From Octopus sinensis (lineage: Eukaryota): a DNA stretch of 26,661 bases. The position numbers were made by a program, and so were the translations under genes. The notes below the pieces were generated by a model. That model had not been told where the DNA came from and did not search any database. It was given only the letters and a program-made list of their open reading frames with translations. Location of the stretch: the NCBI RefSeq assembly GCF_006345805.1, contig NW_021835638.1:1-26661 (forward strand). Reading direction: 5' to 3'. This document shows, in pieces, positions 1 to 10,660 of this stretch (position 1 is its first letter; each line of letters opens with the position of its first letter).

Positions 1-29
1 GTCCACAGCACCCTCCTCCTTCCCCCTCA

Positions 30-455
30 GCCCCACCTGGATCTTTCCTTGCTCTAGATCCCCCGCTGCAACACTTGCCCTTCATCACCAACACCACCGC
101 TGTCACCGGCTCCAACCTGCATACTGTACGCATTAGGCACTCCTTTACGTGCACCTCGTCTGGCCTTATTTACTGCATTAAATGCAACCTATGCGGGATG
201 CTGTATGTAGGACAGACGGACGCCGGTTGTCCGAGACCGTTTCACTGAACACTTTGAGGGACGTTCGCCTACACTCTTTTTCTCCCGTCGCACGCCCACT
301 TCCGCTCGGCCGGCCATTCCTAGATGACATCTCAGTGTTTGGTCTCGCCCCCACAATGGTCGCCCACTTTCCAGGCTCCACTTGGAGCAACGCTACATCT
401 TCACCCTACAAAACTACCACCCACCACCACACGGACTTAACACAACCCCCTCCTC
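30..455 (+). pseudogene. Penelope-like retroelement C-terminal Cys linker + GIY-YIG endonuclease fragment (frameshifted; Neptune-like)
   Basis: Manual translation across frameshifts gives PGSFPC..RCNTCP..ITNTTAVTGSNLHTVRIRHSFTCTSSGLIYCIKCNLCGMLYVGQT-RRLS..FTEH.RDVR...SPVAR-HFRSAGH..DDISVFGL...RLHLEQRYIFTLQ...HGLN. This has the IY..C..C...YVGQT, R..EH and E...I....GLN motifs of PLE GIY-YIG domains. It is not represented in the ORF track. Confidence 0.88.
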
Positions 456-489
456 TTGAGATCCGTTTTTTTGGGTTTTTTTTTCCGGA

Positions 490-3400
490 TACCACCACCC
501 CCACACACCCACCACCACCTCTCCCACACGCCTGTTCACACACACACATACGTAGACCCATCTACGTACATACATTCACACATTTAATCACACACACTTA
601 TAGACATACATGCACACACTAACATACAAACCACACATGCACATAACACACACAATACTACATACACACACATCATACTTACACACACACACAACAGACA
701 TACATCACACATAACATAACACACATACATACGCACATACATACACACACTCACACACACACACCGCACGTACATACTTCACACACACACATGCACACAT
801 ACATGTAGGCACACACATACATACATACCTACACATGCACACCCTTACACTGAATGCACACACACCATACACCTTTTTGCATCCAAAGCCCCCCCTCTTT
901 TCTGCTTTCCGGTTTTGGCTGATGGATCCTCGGTTCCCGCGCAGCGGGGCGTCGAGGGGCCTTTGCGCTCGCGCGCCTTGGCGCGCGCTGGGGGCTTGGT
1001 CGGCCCCTTGGGCTTGCGTTGTACTGCTTGTGCGTTGTGTGCGTGAGCGCGCTTCGTGTGTGTGGGTTTGCTTCGGATGTGCGCGTGCGTATGTATGCAT
1101 ACATACCCACACACTCGCATGCATCCTACCCACATACATACACGCACACCTACTCACACACACACTACACACACATACCCGACACACACACACATACATA
1201 CATACACACACATACTACTTCAGGACATACACACACACAGACATACACCCATACACTCACACTCACACGCATACACACACACATACACCACGCACACGTA
1301 CACATACACACACACACACACCTACACAGCATACCCTCACTCAGACACCCACACATCTACCTACACACAACACAAAAACAGACACAGACACACACCCATA
1401 CATACATAATCTACACACACACGCCTACACACATACATACACACTTACATAAACACCACACACTACACATGCACACACATACGCACACATACATATACTT
1501 ATACACATGCACACACACACATACATACACCCATACACATACACACACCATACCTACATACTCCTATACGCACATACATACACACAGACATACACACATA
1601 CACACTCACACAAACATACCACACACACTCACCTGCACGCGCACACACATGCATGACAAACACCCATACACTCACACTCACATACGCACACACCAACAAA
1701 ACACGCACACGCACACACAAACCTACACTCCCCACACAAATACACACGCACCTGCATACACACACGCACGCATACACACGCACACACACGCATACACACA
1801 TACATTACACACGTAGTACCACACCACCTACATACACATGCATACAAACACACACACACAAACATGCACGGACACACCCAGACATACATACATACACCTA
1901 TATACACACGCCCACACACCTACATACACACACATATACACACGCCCACACACCTACATACACACATACATACACACACATACACGGACACACCCATACA
2001 TACTTACATACATACACCTATACACACACGCCTACACACCTACATACACACAATGAATACACACACACACATGTACGCACATACACACACATATACGCAC
2101 ATACATATATACCCAACACACATGCACACACACACACATACGCACATGCATGCATGCATGCACACGTGCACACCTACACGCATACACACACACACACGCA
2201 CGTACACATACATACATACACACACTCATACATACACCCATACACATACATGCATCCTACACACACATACATACACACACTACACGGACACACCCATACA
2301 TACTTACATACATACACCTATACACACACGCCTACACACCTACATACACACACATGCATACACACACACACATGTACGCACATACACACACATATACGCA
2401 CATACATATATACCCACACACATGCACACACACACACATACGCACATGCATGCATGCATGCATACGTGCACACCTACACGCATACACACACACACACGCA
2501 CGTACACATACATACATACACACACTCATATCATACACCCATACACATACATGCATCCTACACCACACATACTACACACTCACACATACATACACACACA
2601 CACACTCACTCACACACCTGTATATACGCGCACACACATGCACATACACACACTTCCCCACACCCACACGTACATACATACACACTCATACACATACACA
2701 CACACACACACACACGGACATACATCTATGCACACACATATATACACACATACTCACATACATTCATCGGACACACTGCCACCAGACATACACACAGACC
2801 AACTCACACATCCACACACATACATACTTACGCACATACTCGCAGGCGCGCGCACACACGCGCTTGCGCCGGTTCGCGCACGCATACGCGCCGCATGCAC
2901 CTCGCTCTTGGACCCGACGAGACCTCCCGCGCGTTCCTGGGACCGTCGCTTGTCGTTGGGTTTTCCCACGCCCGTCTCCGCGGGACCACTCTTCCATCTT
3001 CCCCTCAGCTGGAGTCCTTTTTCCTTAACCCCCCCTTTTTGTTACACACACGCGCACACATATACACACATTGCTTAAATATATACATTACTCTCACACA
3101 CATTCAATCTACTCGCCATTAATACTACCACGACACTGGACACACACACACACTACTACTCAACACACGCTGGCACGCTACATACGCCCCCACCCCTTCC
3201 CCTCCCTCCCTTCCTCCTTCCTTCTTTTTCTTACTACTGACCTTTGTCTGCTATGCCGACCACTGTCTCGCCCTACCTCACACGCCTACACACAGACGCA
3301 CACACTAACACATACATATATTTTTTGTTTTTTTTATCTCGCCTCACACACACACATACACACACGCACACGCACACACTCACACATACACACACATCTG
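490..3400 (+). repeat. Degenerate CA/CATA-rich low-complexity tract, lying between the PLE endonuclease and the hammerhead motif
   Basis: About 2.9 kb of irregular (CA)n/(CATA)n. All His/Thr-rich and Val/Cys-rich ORFs here are translations of this tract. Confidence 0.9.
1981..2560 (+). repeat. ~300-bp tandem duplication within the CA-rich tract
   Basis: TACACGGACACACCCATACATACTTACATACATACACCTATACACACACGCCTACACACC starts at both 1981 and 2281, and similarity continues for ~280 bp. A partial third copy starts near 1866. Confidence 0.9.
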
Positions 3401-3567
3401 TTGCGTTACCAACCTTGTCTCCACTCTTTTGTCTTTAAAAACCCACTTTGCTCTTGTTATCGTAAACTTCCGCCTTCACCATGTGTAACTCGTAAACACC
3501 AGTCGTTTTTTTCTCTATCCCTGTTGCCCGCTTTGGGATCTTTCTTTCCTCTCTCTTCCTTCTTTAT

Positions 3568-3602
3568 GTTTCCGACGAAGAGCTCCGCTCGAAACATCAT
3601 AC
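3568..3602 (+). ncRNA. Minimal type I hammerhead ribozyme motif (PLE pseudo-LTR type), partly decayed
   Basis: GTTT-CCGACGA-A-GAGC(TCC)GCTC-GAAAC-ATC-ATAC. Core C(C)GANGA, perfect 4-bp stem II, GAAA, stem I GTTT/ATAC with one mismatch. Same strand as the upstream GIY-YIG fragment. Confidence 0.75.
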
Positions 3603-3691
3603 CCTCCTGCTTCCATTTCCTGAGCGCCTATTAATAATAATACTGTAATTGTTCCATTGTTGTTTTTTTGTTTTCCCGTTTGGATTAAAAT

Positions 3692-3736
<45 letters not shown>

Positions 3737-3769
3737 ATTTGACTGCATTATTATGTAGATGAAGAGTAA

Positions 3770-3925
3770 TATGTCGAGCAATATGCCCGTCGTTATGTTC
3801 TGAGTTCAAATTCCGCCGAATCCGATGTCGACAGAATGAATACCAGTTGAGCACTAAGGGAGATGTAATTGTCTCGCCTCTTCCCCTAAAATTACAGGCC
3901 TTGTGCCTATAATAGAAAGGATTTT
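3770..3925 (+). mobile_element. tRNA-derived SINE family A, degenerate
   Basis: GTTCTGAGTTCAAATTCCGCCGA (B-box region) and 3' GGCCTTGTGCCTATAATAGAAAGGATT, shared with other copies in the window. Confidence 0.75.
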
Positions 3926-4184
3926 TATTATACACATAAAAGGATGCATATAAGTAGATGCTTATATATGCATCCATAGATATTAACATCTATGCACTCA
4001 TACACACACATACGCATACGTACATACATTGTCTCATTTATGCATGCGTAATACATATATAAATTCAGGCGTATACACAGTGGTATATAATGAAAAGTTA
4101 CACTATTCTGATATACATACTGTGCTTGTGTTTCATGTGTCTATATAATATTATATACACAATGAGATGTCCGGTTCACAAATG

Positions 4185-4496
4185 TGACATATATACATTC
4201 ATTCATACATACATACATACATACAGACATACATACATACATACATACATACAGACATACATACATGTATATGTATATACATACATACATATATGTATAT
4301 GTATATACATACATATATGTATATACATGTATGTATGTATGTATGTATGTATGTATGCATGTATGTATATGTGTCTGTGGGTACGCGCTCATGGATGTAT
4401 ATGTGCATTAGTAATTATACATATGGCAAAATATATATACATACATGTTATATCTTTTAAACCACTATTCATTATTATTGAAATTTGAGGCCATAT

Positions 4497-4564
<68 letters not shown>

Positions 4565-4614
4565 TGAGAGAGAGAAAACGAAATAGATTGATAGATAGAT
4601 AGATAGATAGATAG

Positions 4615-4661
<47 letters not shown>

Positions 4662-4760
4662 GTGGATAGATAGGTAGATAGATATATATATATATAGATA
4701 GATAGATAGATAGATGAGACATAGATACGTACACACATATGTATGTATGTGTATGAGTGC
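4185..4760. repeat. Compound microsatellite (CATA)n/(TATG)n/(TA)n/(GATA)n
   Basis: Directly visible. Confidence 0.95.
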
Positions 4761-5014
4761 AAGTATATGTATTGTATATATTTCATATATTAGGTTACAC
4801 AGTAATAAATGTATATACACGTCGCACGAAACTGAGTAAATATTTATACTTGGGTGCATGTATGAAAATATGTGTGAAAATATGTTTATGATATATATTT
4901 ATATGAATATCAATGTTTGTTTTTAGGTCAAGTTATAATAAAAGCAGTTTTACACAAAACTGAAGAATTATTCAATACTGTTTAAAGAGTACACGTTTAC
5001 AAGAAAATAGTTAA

Positions 5015-5057
5015 CAGTGACCTCGAAGTTTCGACCTGTTAGCCATTCATCGGAGTG
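5015..5057 (-). ncRNA. Minimal type I hammerhead ribozyme motif, decayed
   Basis: Reverse complement reads CACT-CCGATGA-AT-GGCT(AACA)GGTC-GAAAC-TTCGAG-GTC-ACTG. Near-palindromic stem III ACTTCGAGGT and a GUC triplet. Confidence 0.65.
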
Positions 5058-5223
5058 CAGCACACTTGGTTTTACTTTGGTTTTATATTGTCGCTAATGA
5101 GTTGTTTTCTCTTTCTGGGTTATGTGGAACAATGTGTAAAGGTAATTAAGTTTAGTGCATGTACGTCTGGAGAATATATAGTACTAGAGACTACATAAAG
5201 TCAAGATGGACACAAATGTTTTT

Positions 5224-5265
5224 CAGCCTGGTGAGGGCTCATAGGCCGAAACTGTGAAGTCTCTG
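5224..5265 (+). ncRNA. Minimal type I hammerhead ribozyme motif, decayed; inverted homologue of 5015-5057
   Basis: CAGC-CTGGTGA-G-GGCT(CATA)GGCC-GAAAC-TGTGAA-GTC-TCTG. Core has A6>G. Downstream CTGTTA...TTTTCTTGTAAA is shared with the minus-strand copy. Confidence 0.65.
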
Positions 5266-5305
5266 TTACACCTTTTCTTGTAAAACTAATATATGTATAA
5301 TATGT

Positions 5306-5520
5306 GAGGTGGTGAGCTTGCAGAATCGTTTGCAGGCCGAGCAAAATGCTTAGCAGTGCTTCGTTCGTCTTTACGTTCTGAGTTCTAATTCCGCCGAGCT
5401 CCACTTAGCCATTCATATTTACGGAGTCGATAAAATAACTGTTGATCACTGGGGTCGATGTAAGCAACTTGCTTACTCTTCTGAACTTTCTGCGCTTGTG
5501 CCAAATTCGAACCATGAACC
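5306..5520 (+). mobile_element. tRNA-derived SINE family A, near full length
   Basis: Head GAGGTGGTGAGCTTGCAGAATCGTT, TACGTTCTGAGTTCTAATTCCGCCGAG, CACTGGGGTCGATGTAA, tail CTTGTGCCAAATTCGAA. Confidence 0.85.
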
Positions 5521-5522
5521 TA

Positions 5523-5553
<31 letters not shown>

Positions 5554-6159
5554 ATATATAATATATATATATTATATATATATATATAGCGTAGGCAGCT
5601 AGACGCAATATAAAGCTCAAAAGAAAAAAAATCCTGTTGTCATTAATTGTGACTGAGGGTGCTGGAAATAAGAGTTAAAACCCTTAGAACTACAAGGAAG
5701 CACATTTTCAAATATTGACAGGGGAAATAACCACCCTATGAAGTTTTTCCTTTATATATCATTCAACCACGGTAGTGGTTGAATATATTCTTTAGTCGAT
5801 CGCAGCAGCTTCCAAGTTTCACCACTAATTTAGTTCTCAACTAAATTGCGAGCTGTTGACAGCTTTAAAGAGGACACCTCCTCAGTTACACTTTGGCATA
5901 AATAGTTTGAGATTCGGTTCAGTTGAAAAAAAGTTACATCAAATTATGTGAAGTCTAAGGTGGGCAGTAAAGCATCTATTCATCTTCAATTAACATAATT
6001 TTTTTTATTTTAAAATCAAAGCATACTTTTCTTAGGCTTAAATGATAGAAAAATGCATGAGGAATCCAGTATCGTTAGTTACATTGAACAAAAATTAGTA
6101 GAAAAAGTTATGAGGTTAAATTTCATGAAATTTATTGTCAGTAAGTGAGGAAGTAAGAA

Positions 6160-6220
6160 GTAACGCTATCTTTTCGTTCTGAGTTCAAATTCCACCGAGG
6201 TCGACTTTACCTTCCGTGCA
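6160..6220 (+). mobile_element. SINE family A fragment
   Basis: CGTTCTGAGTTCAAATTCCACCGAGGTCGACTTTACCTT. Confidence 0.75.
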
Positions 6221-7154
6221 TTTTATTTAATAAAGTTATTTTTAATATGCTGTTGAATTAGGGTAAGTTTTACTTTTATTATTAATTTTCTCTTTCAGCT
6301 TTAATTAACTTGCTTTCTACCTTTTTTTGCTTTTCCTTTTTAGTTGCTTTCCTTTTCTTTTTAGTTAATTATTTAATCAGGCTAGTTCATTAATGTGTTT
6401 TATGCTTCAGATATGTGCATCTAAATTTATTGGGACAGGAATATAGTAATTTTTGGCTGTGTCTCAGACCTGAAGGCATGTAGTAAGGCTGTCCAGAAAA
6501 AGCATTGGTTAAAAGTGCCTATATTCTAAATTTAATTTTTAAGTTTCAAATTTAATTAAAAGGGATTTTTCATAAATCAAGTTTATATTAATGGGATGTA
6601 GGCAATTTTAACTTGTGTGTATCTGATATGCTTTAATAATTACCGTTGTATTGAATAATTATTAATATATCTAGATTAGCGGCAGTCAGTGCTGTTATTA
6701 CCAACTCACAATCCAGGTTACTTAAAATGAGCCAAGTAACTGATGGTTTTGGGGTCTTGTTGTTTGTAACTTTTGATGAGCCATGGTGCAACCAACAAGA
6801 TGGTAAAATTCCCTGTCATTAATTTCTTGTGGATGAGTACTATCAAATAATTCAATCATAACATATATTTAAATTAAACATGAAAAAAATTGAAATATCA
6901 TCATTACTTACATAGAAAAATTAAAATATTATCTTTCAGTATTTTATGAGTTAAAATCTTAACTTATTCCTTGACACATTATTAATTATCTTATAGCAGC
7001 AATGCCTAGAAAAATCATGGATTACATGGAAAAATGCGAGCATGAAAAGTAATATTCTTAAGATTATAAACCTGGAAAAGTACAGTACAAGTTATTACTC
7101 CTGGAAAAGTATAGGACAAGCTATTACTTCTAGTAAAGTAAAGAATAAGAAACA

Positions 7155-7345
7155 CTTAGCAGAATCGTTAGCACATCGGTTAAGATGCTTCGCGGCATTT
7201 CTTCTGGCTTTACGATCTGAGTTCAAATTCTAGTGAGGTCGAACTCGCTTTTCATCTTTGCGGGGTTGCTAAAAATATGTCGTGCATTGGGTGTCGACTA
7301 CCCACCTACCTCTAAAATGTCAGTCCTTTTATAGAAAGAATTATG
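7155..7345 (+). mobile_element. SINE family A, degenerate
   Basis: GCAGAATCGTTAGCAC...CTGAGTTCAAATTCTAGTGAGGTCGAACTCGCTTTTCATCTTTGCGGGGT. Confidence 0.8.
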
Positions 7346-7430
7346 ATTAATTTATATGAAGAAATGAGTTGTATTGTTTCTGCATTTTTTTTCTTCTGTT
7401 AGATGTGTTTCATTAAGATGTAAGATGCTT

Positions 7431-7630
7431 AGGCGGCAAGCTTCAGAATCTTTAGCACAAGCATAATTTCTTTCTACTCTTTACGTTCTAAGTTCAAATT
7501 CCGCCGAGGTCGTCTCTGTCTGTCCTCCTTTCAGGATCGATAAATTAAGTACTAGCTGAGCACTAAGGTCGATGTAGTTGACTAATACCTTATCACCAAA
7601 ACTGCCAACTTTTCCCAAAATTTGAAACTA
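7431..7630 (+). mobile_element. SINE family A
   Basis: AGGCGGCAAGCTTCAGAATC...GTTCAAATTCCGCCGAGGTCG...CCTTTCAGGATCGATAAATTAAGTACTAG...CCAAAATTTGAAAC. Confidence 0.82.
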
Positions 7631-8751
7631 GTTAGTTAGTTAATTTTTTGGCTCAAAAAGCAAAAAGCAAGGCCATGTAGGGGGACATGGAGTTATGTAC
7701 AGAGTGGTGTTCATCTAAAGAGTTCAGGCCACTTGTGGTCAAGGGAGACTTTGAACCAAGCGGTCGTCGGCATCTTCACTACTATGATGTAAAACGCTAG
7801 CATATATTTACTGAACATTTGTAAAGAAATGACTTTCGAAAAGTTTAAGACAGCTTAGACCAGTCGTTTTAGACCCCATTTGATTCTTATTTTACACAGA
7901 TAGACCCTCATATCCATTCAATATTTTAAAAGCCCTATTATATTTTTATAATTAAATATTGTTAGGAATTGTATTAAAAAATTGTTTAAAATATTTTGTG
8001 AATTGCAGATGTATAACCAGTTTATTGTACATACGAACAGCAAAATCTTATGCTGACCCCTACCTTCCCACAACCAGGGCCATATGGACCCCGTTTGGGG
8101 GCCATTGGCTAAGACCAATGGAATATTTTTATTTACAAGATGAAATTTGATTATCAGATCTGTGTGTGTGCTTTAATAGCAGCATCTAGGGATGCAAGTT
8201 CTTATTATATAAGTGCTGATTTTATTATAACCTTGAGAAAAATCGAGTCAGATATTTTTCCATAATGAAATCACAATACTACAAAGATTTCTGCGGTGCT
8301 TTATGATTTTGTTATCGCAGCACATCTTTATTAATTTGAAACGTTTCGGTAAATTCCCACGCTTCCTCCTTTTTATCGCGCCTCTTCATCGCAATGTATA
8401 CATATCTATTTCCTTTCTTTCATTTTCGGATATTTTCCTATTACAAAAGAGCTGGTTATTAACATAAAACAAAACTCTGCCATTGAAATTTAGATAAAAA
8501 TGAAAGAATTACGTATTGAATTTCAGAAGCGTTTTCTATATTTTCACCGTTCTATCTTCAAACTGAATATAAGTTAGATTGAATCCGGGTTATTATTTTT
8601 TTACAGTTTAGTCAGAGAAAGAAGAGAAGCTTCTGTGACGAGTTTTAGGACATTTGAGATTGATGGGAGGCAGGGAAGAATTTATTCTCAGAAGCGGAAG
8701 CTGATCCGATTTCTCGCAAAAAGGTAGGCTTTGTACACAATGATGGTTTCT

Positions 8752-9166
8752 TATTTCTTTATTGCCCACAAGGGGCTAAACATAGAGGGGACAAACAAGG
8801 ACAGACAGAGGGATTAGATAGATTACATCGACCCCAGTGTGTAACTGGTACTTAACTTATCGACCTCGAAAGGATGACAAGCAAAGTCGACCTCGGCGGA
8901 ATTTGAACTCAGAACGTAACGGCAGACGAAATACCTATTTCTTTACTACTCACAAGGGGCTAAACACAGAGAGGACAAACAAGGACAGGCAGACAGATTA
9001 AGTCGATTATATCGACGCCAGTGCGTAACTGGTACTTATTTAATCGACCCCGAAAGGATGAAAGGCAAAGTCGACCTCGGCGGAATTTGAACTCAGAACG
9101 TAGCGGCAGACGAAATACGGCGAAGCATTTCGCCTGGCGTGCTAACGTTTCTGCCAGCTCACCGCC
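8752..9166 (-). mobile_element. Young dimeric tRNA-derived SINE family A (Meta/MESC-like central domain) with ~23-bp target-site duplication
   Basis: Head GGCGGTGAGCTGGCAGAAACGTTAGC, B-box GAGTTCAAATTC and core GACTTTGCCTTTCATCCTTTCGGGGTCGATTAAATAAGTACCAG. The body occurs twice (junction ~8935). Flanked by CTTTGTACACAATGAT(G/A)GTTTCT at 8729-8751 and 9166-9188. The core-domain name is from memory. Confidence 0.9.
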
Positions 9167-9239
9167 TTTGTACACAATGATAGTTTCTATCTAATTGTGC
9201 CTTATCAGTCTCACTGAAGCAGAAAACCATATATGTTTT

Positions 9240-9290
<51 letters not shown>

Positions 9291-9454
9291 CTCTGTCTGT
9301 CTCTCTCTCTCCCCTCTCCCCCCTCTCTCTATATATATAGCAATCAATATCAGTCACCGTTATTGCTGTCTCAGTTTTCAGATTCTTATATGCGTGTGTC
9401 TTTCCTTACTAACGATCAGCCATTTTGTATTTTGTATTCCTATTGTATGTGTCT

Positions 9455-10656
9455 TTATCTGCGCATGCGTATACCCCTATGTGTGTCTATGTTTAGTAAG
9501 TGCGCGCGTCTGTGTGGGGGGAGTGCCTGTATTATACACGTTCATTTAATTTGTTTTTATTTTGTTCATGTGTTTATACCTACTTATTATTTCTTTCTCT
9601 TTTTTTTTCTTTTTTTCTATCCTTACATTTTTTTATATTTAATTTAATTTAATTTCGTTAACGTATATAGTTATCTAATTCCATTTGTTTATCTGTGTAT
9701 TGTATCATATTTTGTTCATATTGTTATCAGTTTATGGGGATCTTATTCTGTTATATGCTGTGGTGTGTTGGGGGTGTGTGCTATTTCCTATTCAGGCTAA
9801 AATTTTGTCCACACGTCGAACAGACACAACGCTCAGACAAATTACAGAAGCTACACACATAATAGAAGATAAACGTAGCCTGAATAGGAAACTGGAATGG
9901 AACACTAGCACACACCCCTAACACACCACACCATATGACAGAATAAGATCCCAATAAACTGATAACAATATGAACAAAATATAATACAATACACAGATAA
10001 ACAAATGGAATTAAATAACTATATACATTAACAAAATTAAATTAAATACAAAAAAGATGATAGGATAGAAAAAAGAAAAAAGAAAGAAAAAATAATAAGT
10101 TGGTATAAACACACGAACAAAATAAATAAAAAAACAAATTAAACGAACGCAGGAGTGGCTGTGTGGTTAGTAGCTTGCTTACCAACCACATGGTTCCGGG
10201 TTCATTCCCACTGCGTGGCACCTTGGGCAAGTGTCTTCTACTATAGCCTCAGGCCGACCAAAGCCTTGTGGGTGGACTTGGTAGACGGAAACTGGAAGAA
10301 GCCCGTCGTATATATGTATATATATATGTATGTATATGTTTGTGTGTCTGTGTTTGTCCCCCCACCATTGCTTGACAACCGATGGTGGTGTGTTTACGTC
10401 CCGTAACCTAGTGGTTCAGCAAAAGAGACTGATAGAATAAGTTCTAGGCTTACAAAGAATAAGTCCTGGGGTCGATTTACTCGACTAGAAGGCGGTGCTC
10501 CAGCATGGCCGCAGTAAAATGATTGAAACAAGTAAAAGAGTAAAAGGGAGTAAAGAGAGAACGTGTATAAACAGGGGATACAGATAATACAAGCAACCCC
10601 CGCACACGCACTTACTAAACATAGACACACATAGGGGTATACGCATGCGTAAATAA
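9455..10656. mobile_element. Fold-back Penelope-like remnant: inverted arms ~9455-9799 and ~9876-10656 around a GIY-YIG C-terminus
   Basis: The arms are reverse complements (e.g. ACGCATGCGTATACCCCTATGTGTGTCTATGTTTAGTAAGTGCG; TTCCTATTCAGGCTA / TAGCCTGAATAGGAA). Spacer plus start of the right arm encode KILST..TDTTLRQITEATHIIEDKRSLNRKLEWN, matching the R.I.EA..I.....LN end of PLE endonucleases. Confidence 0.8.
10149..10558 (+). mobile_element. tRNA-derived SINE family B, full length, inserted in the right arm of the fold-back
   Basis: GCAGGAGTGGCTGTGTGGT head, GGTTCATTCCC B-box, CCTTGGGCAAGTGTCTT, internal (TA/TG)n, (AGTAAAAG)-type tail. GAACG occurs on both sides (possible TSD). Second copy at ~23555-24000. 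Confidence 0.9.
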
Positions 10657-10660
10657 TAAA

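Noticed and set aside
584-3634. Long His/Thr-rich and Val/Cys-rich ORFs (up to 489 aa)
   Set aside because: They are translations of CA/CATA repeats that lack stop codons and are open in multiple frames; no domain signal.
6675-6805. Possible host exon (AG...open frame LAAVSAVITNSQSRLLKMSQVTDGFGVLLFVTFDEPWCNQQD...GTAAAA)
   Set aside because: Weak splice signals, unrecognised peptide, and no partner exons found; needs RNA-seq.
8335-8395. GAAACGTTTC palindrome as hammerhead stem III
   Set aside because: No properly spaced core or stem II on either strand.
9040-9166. tRNA gene
   Set aside because: A/B-box-like head without a full cloverleaf, fused to a repeated SINE body.
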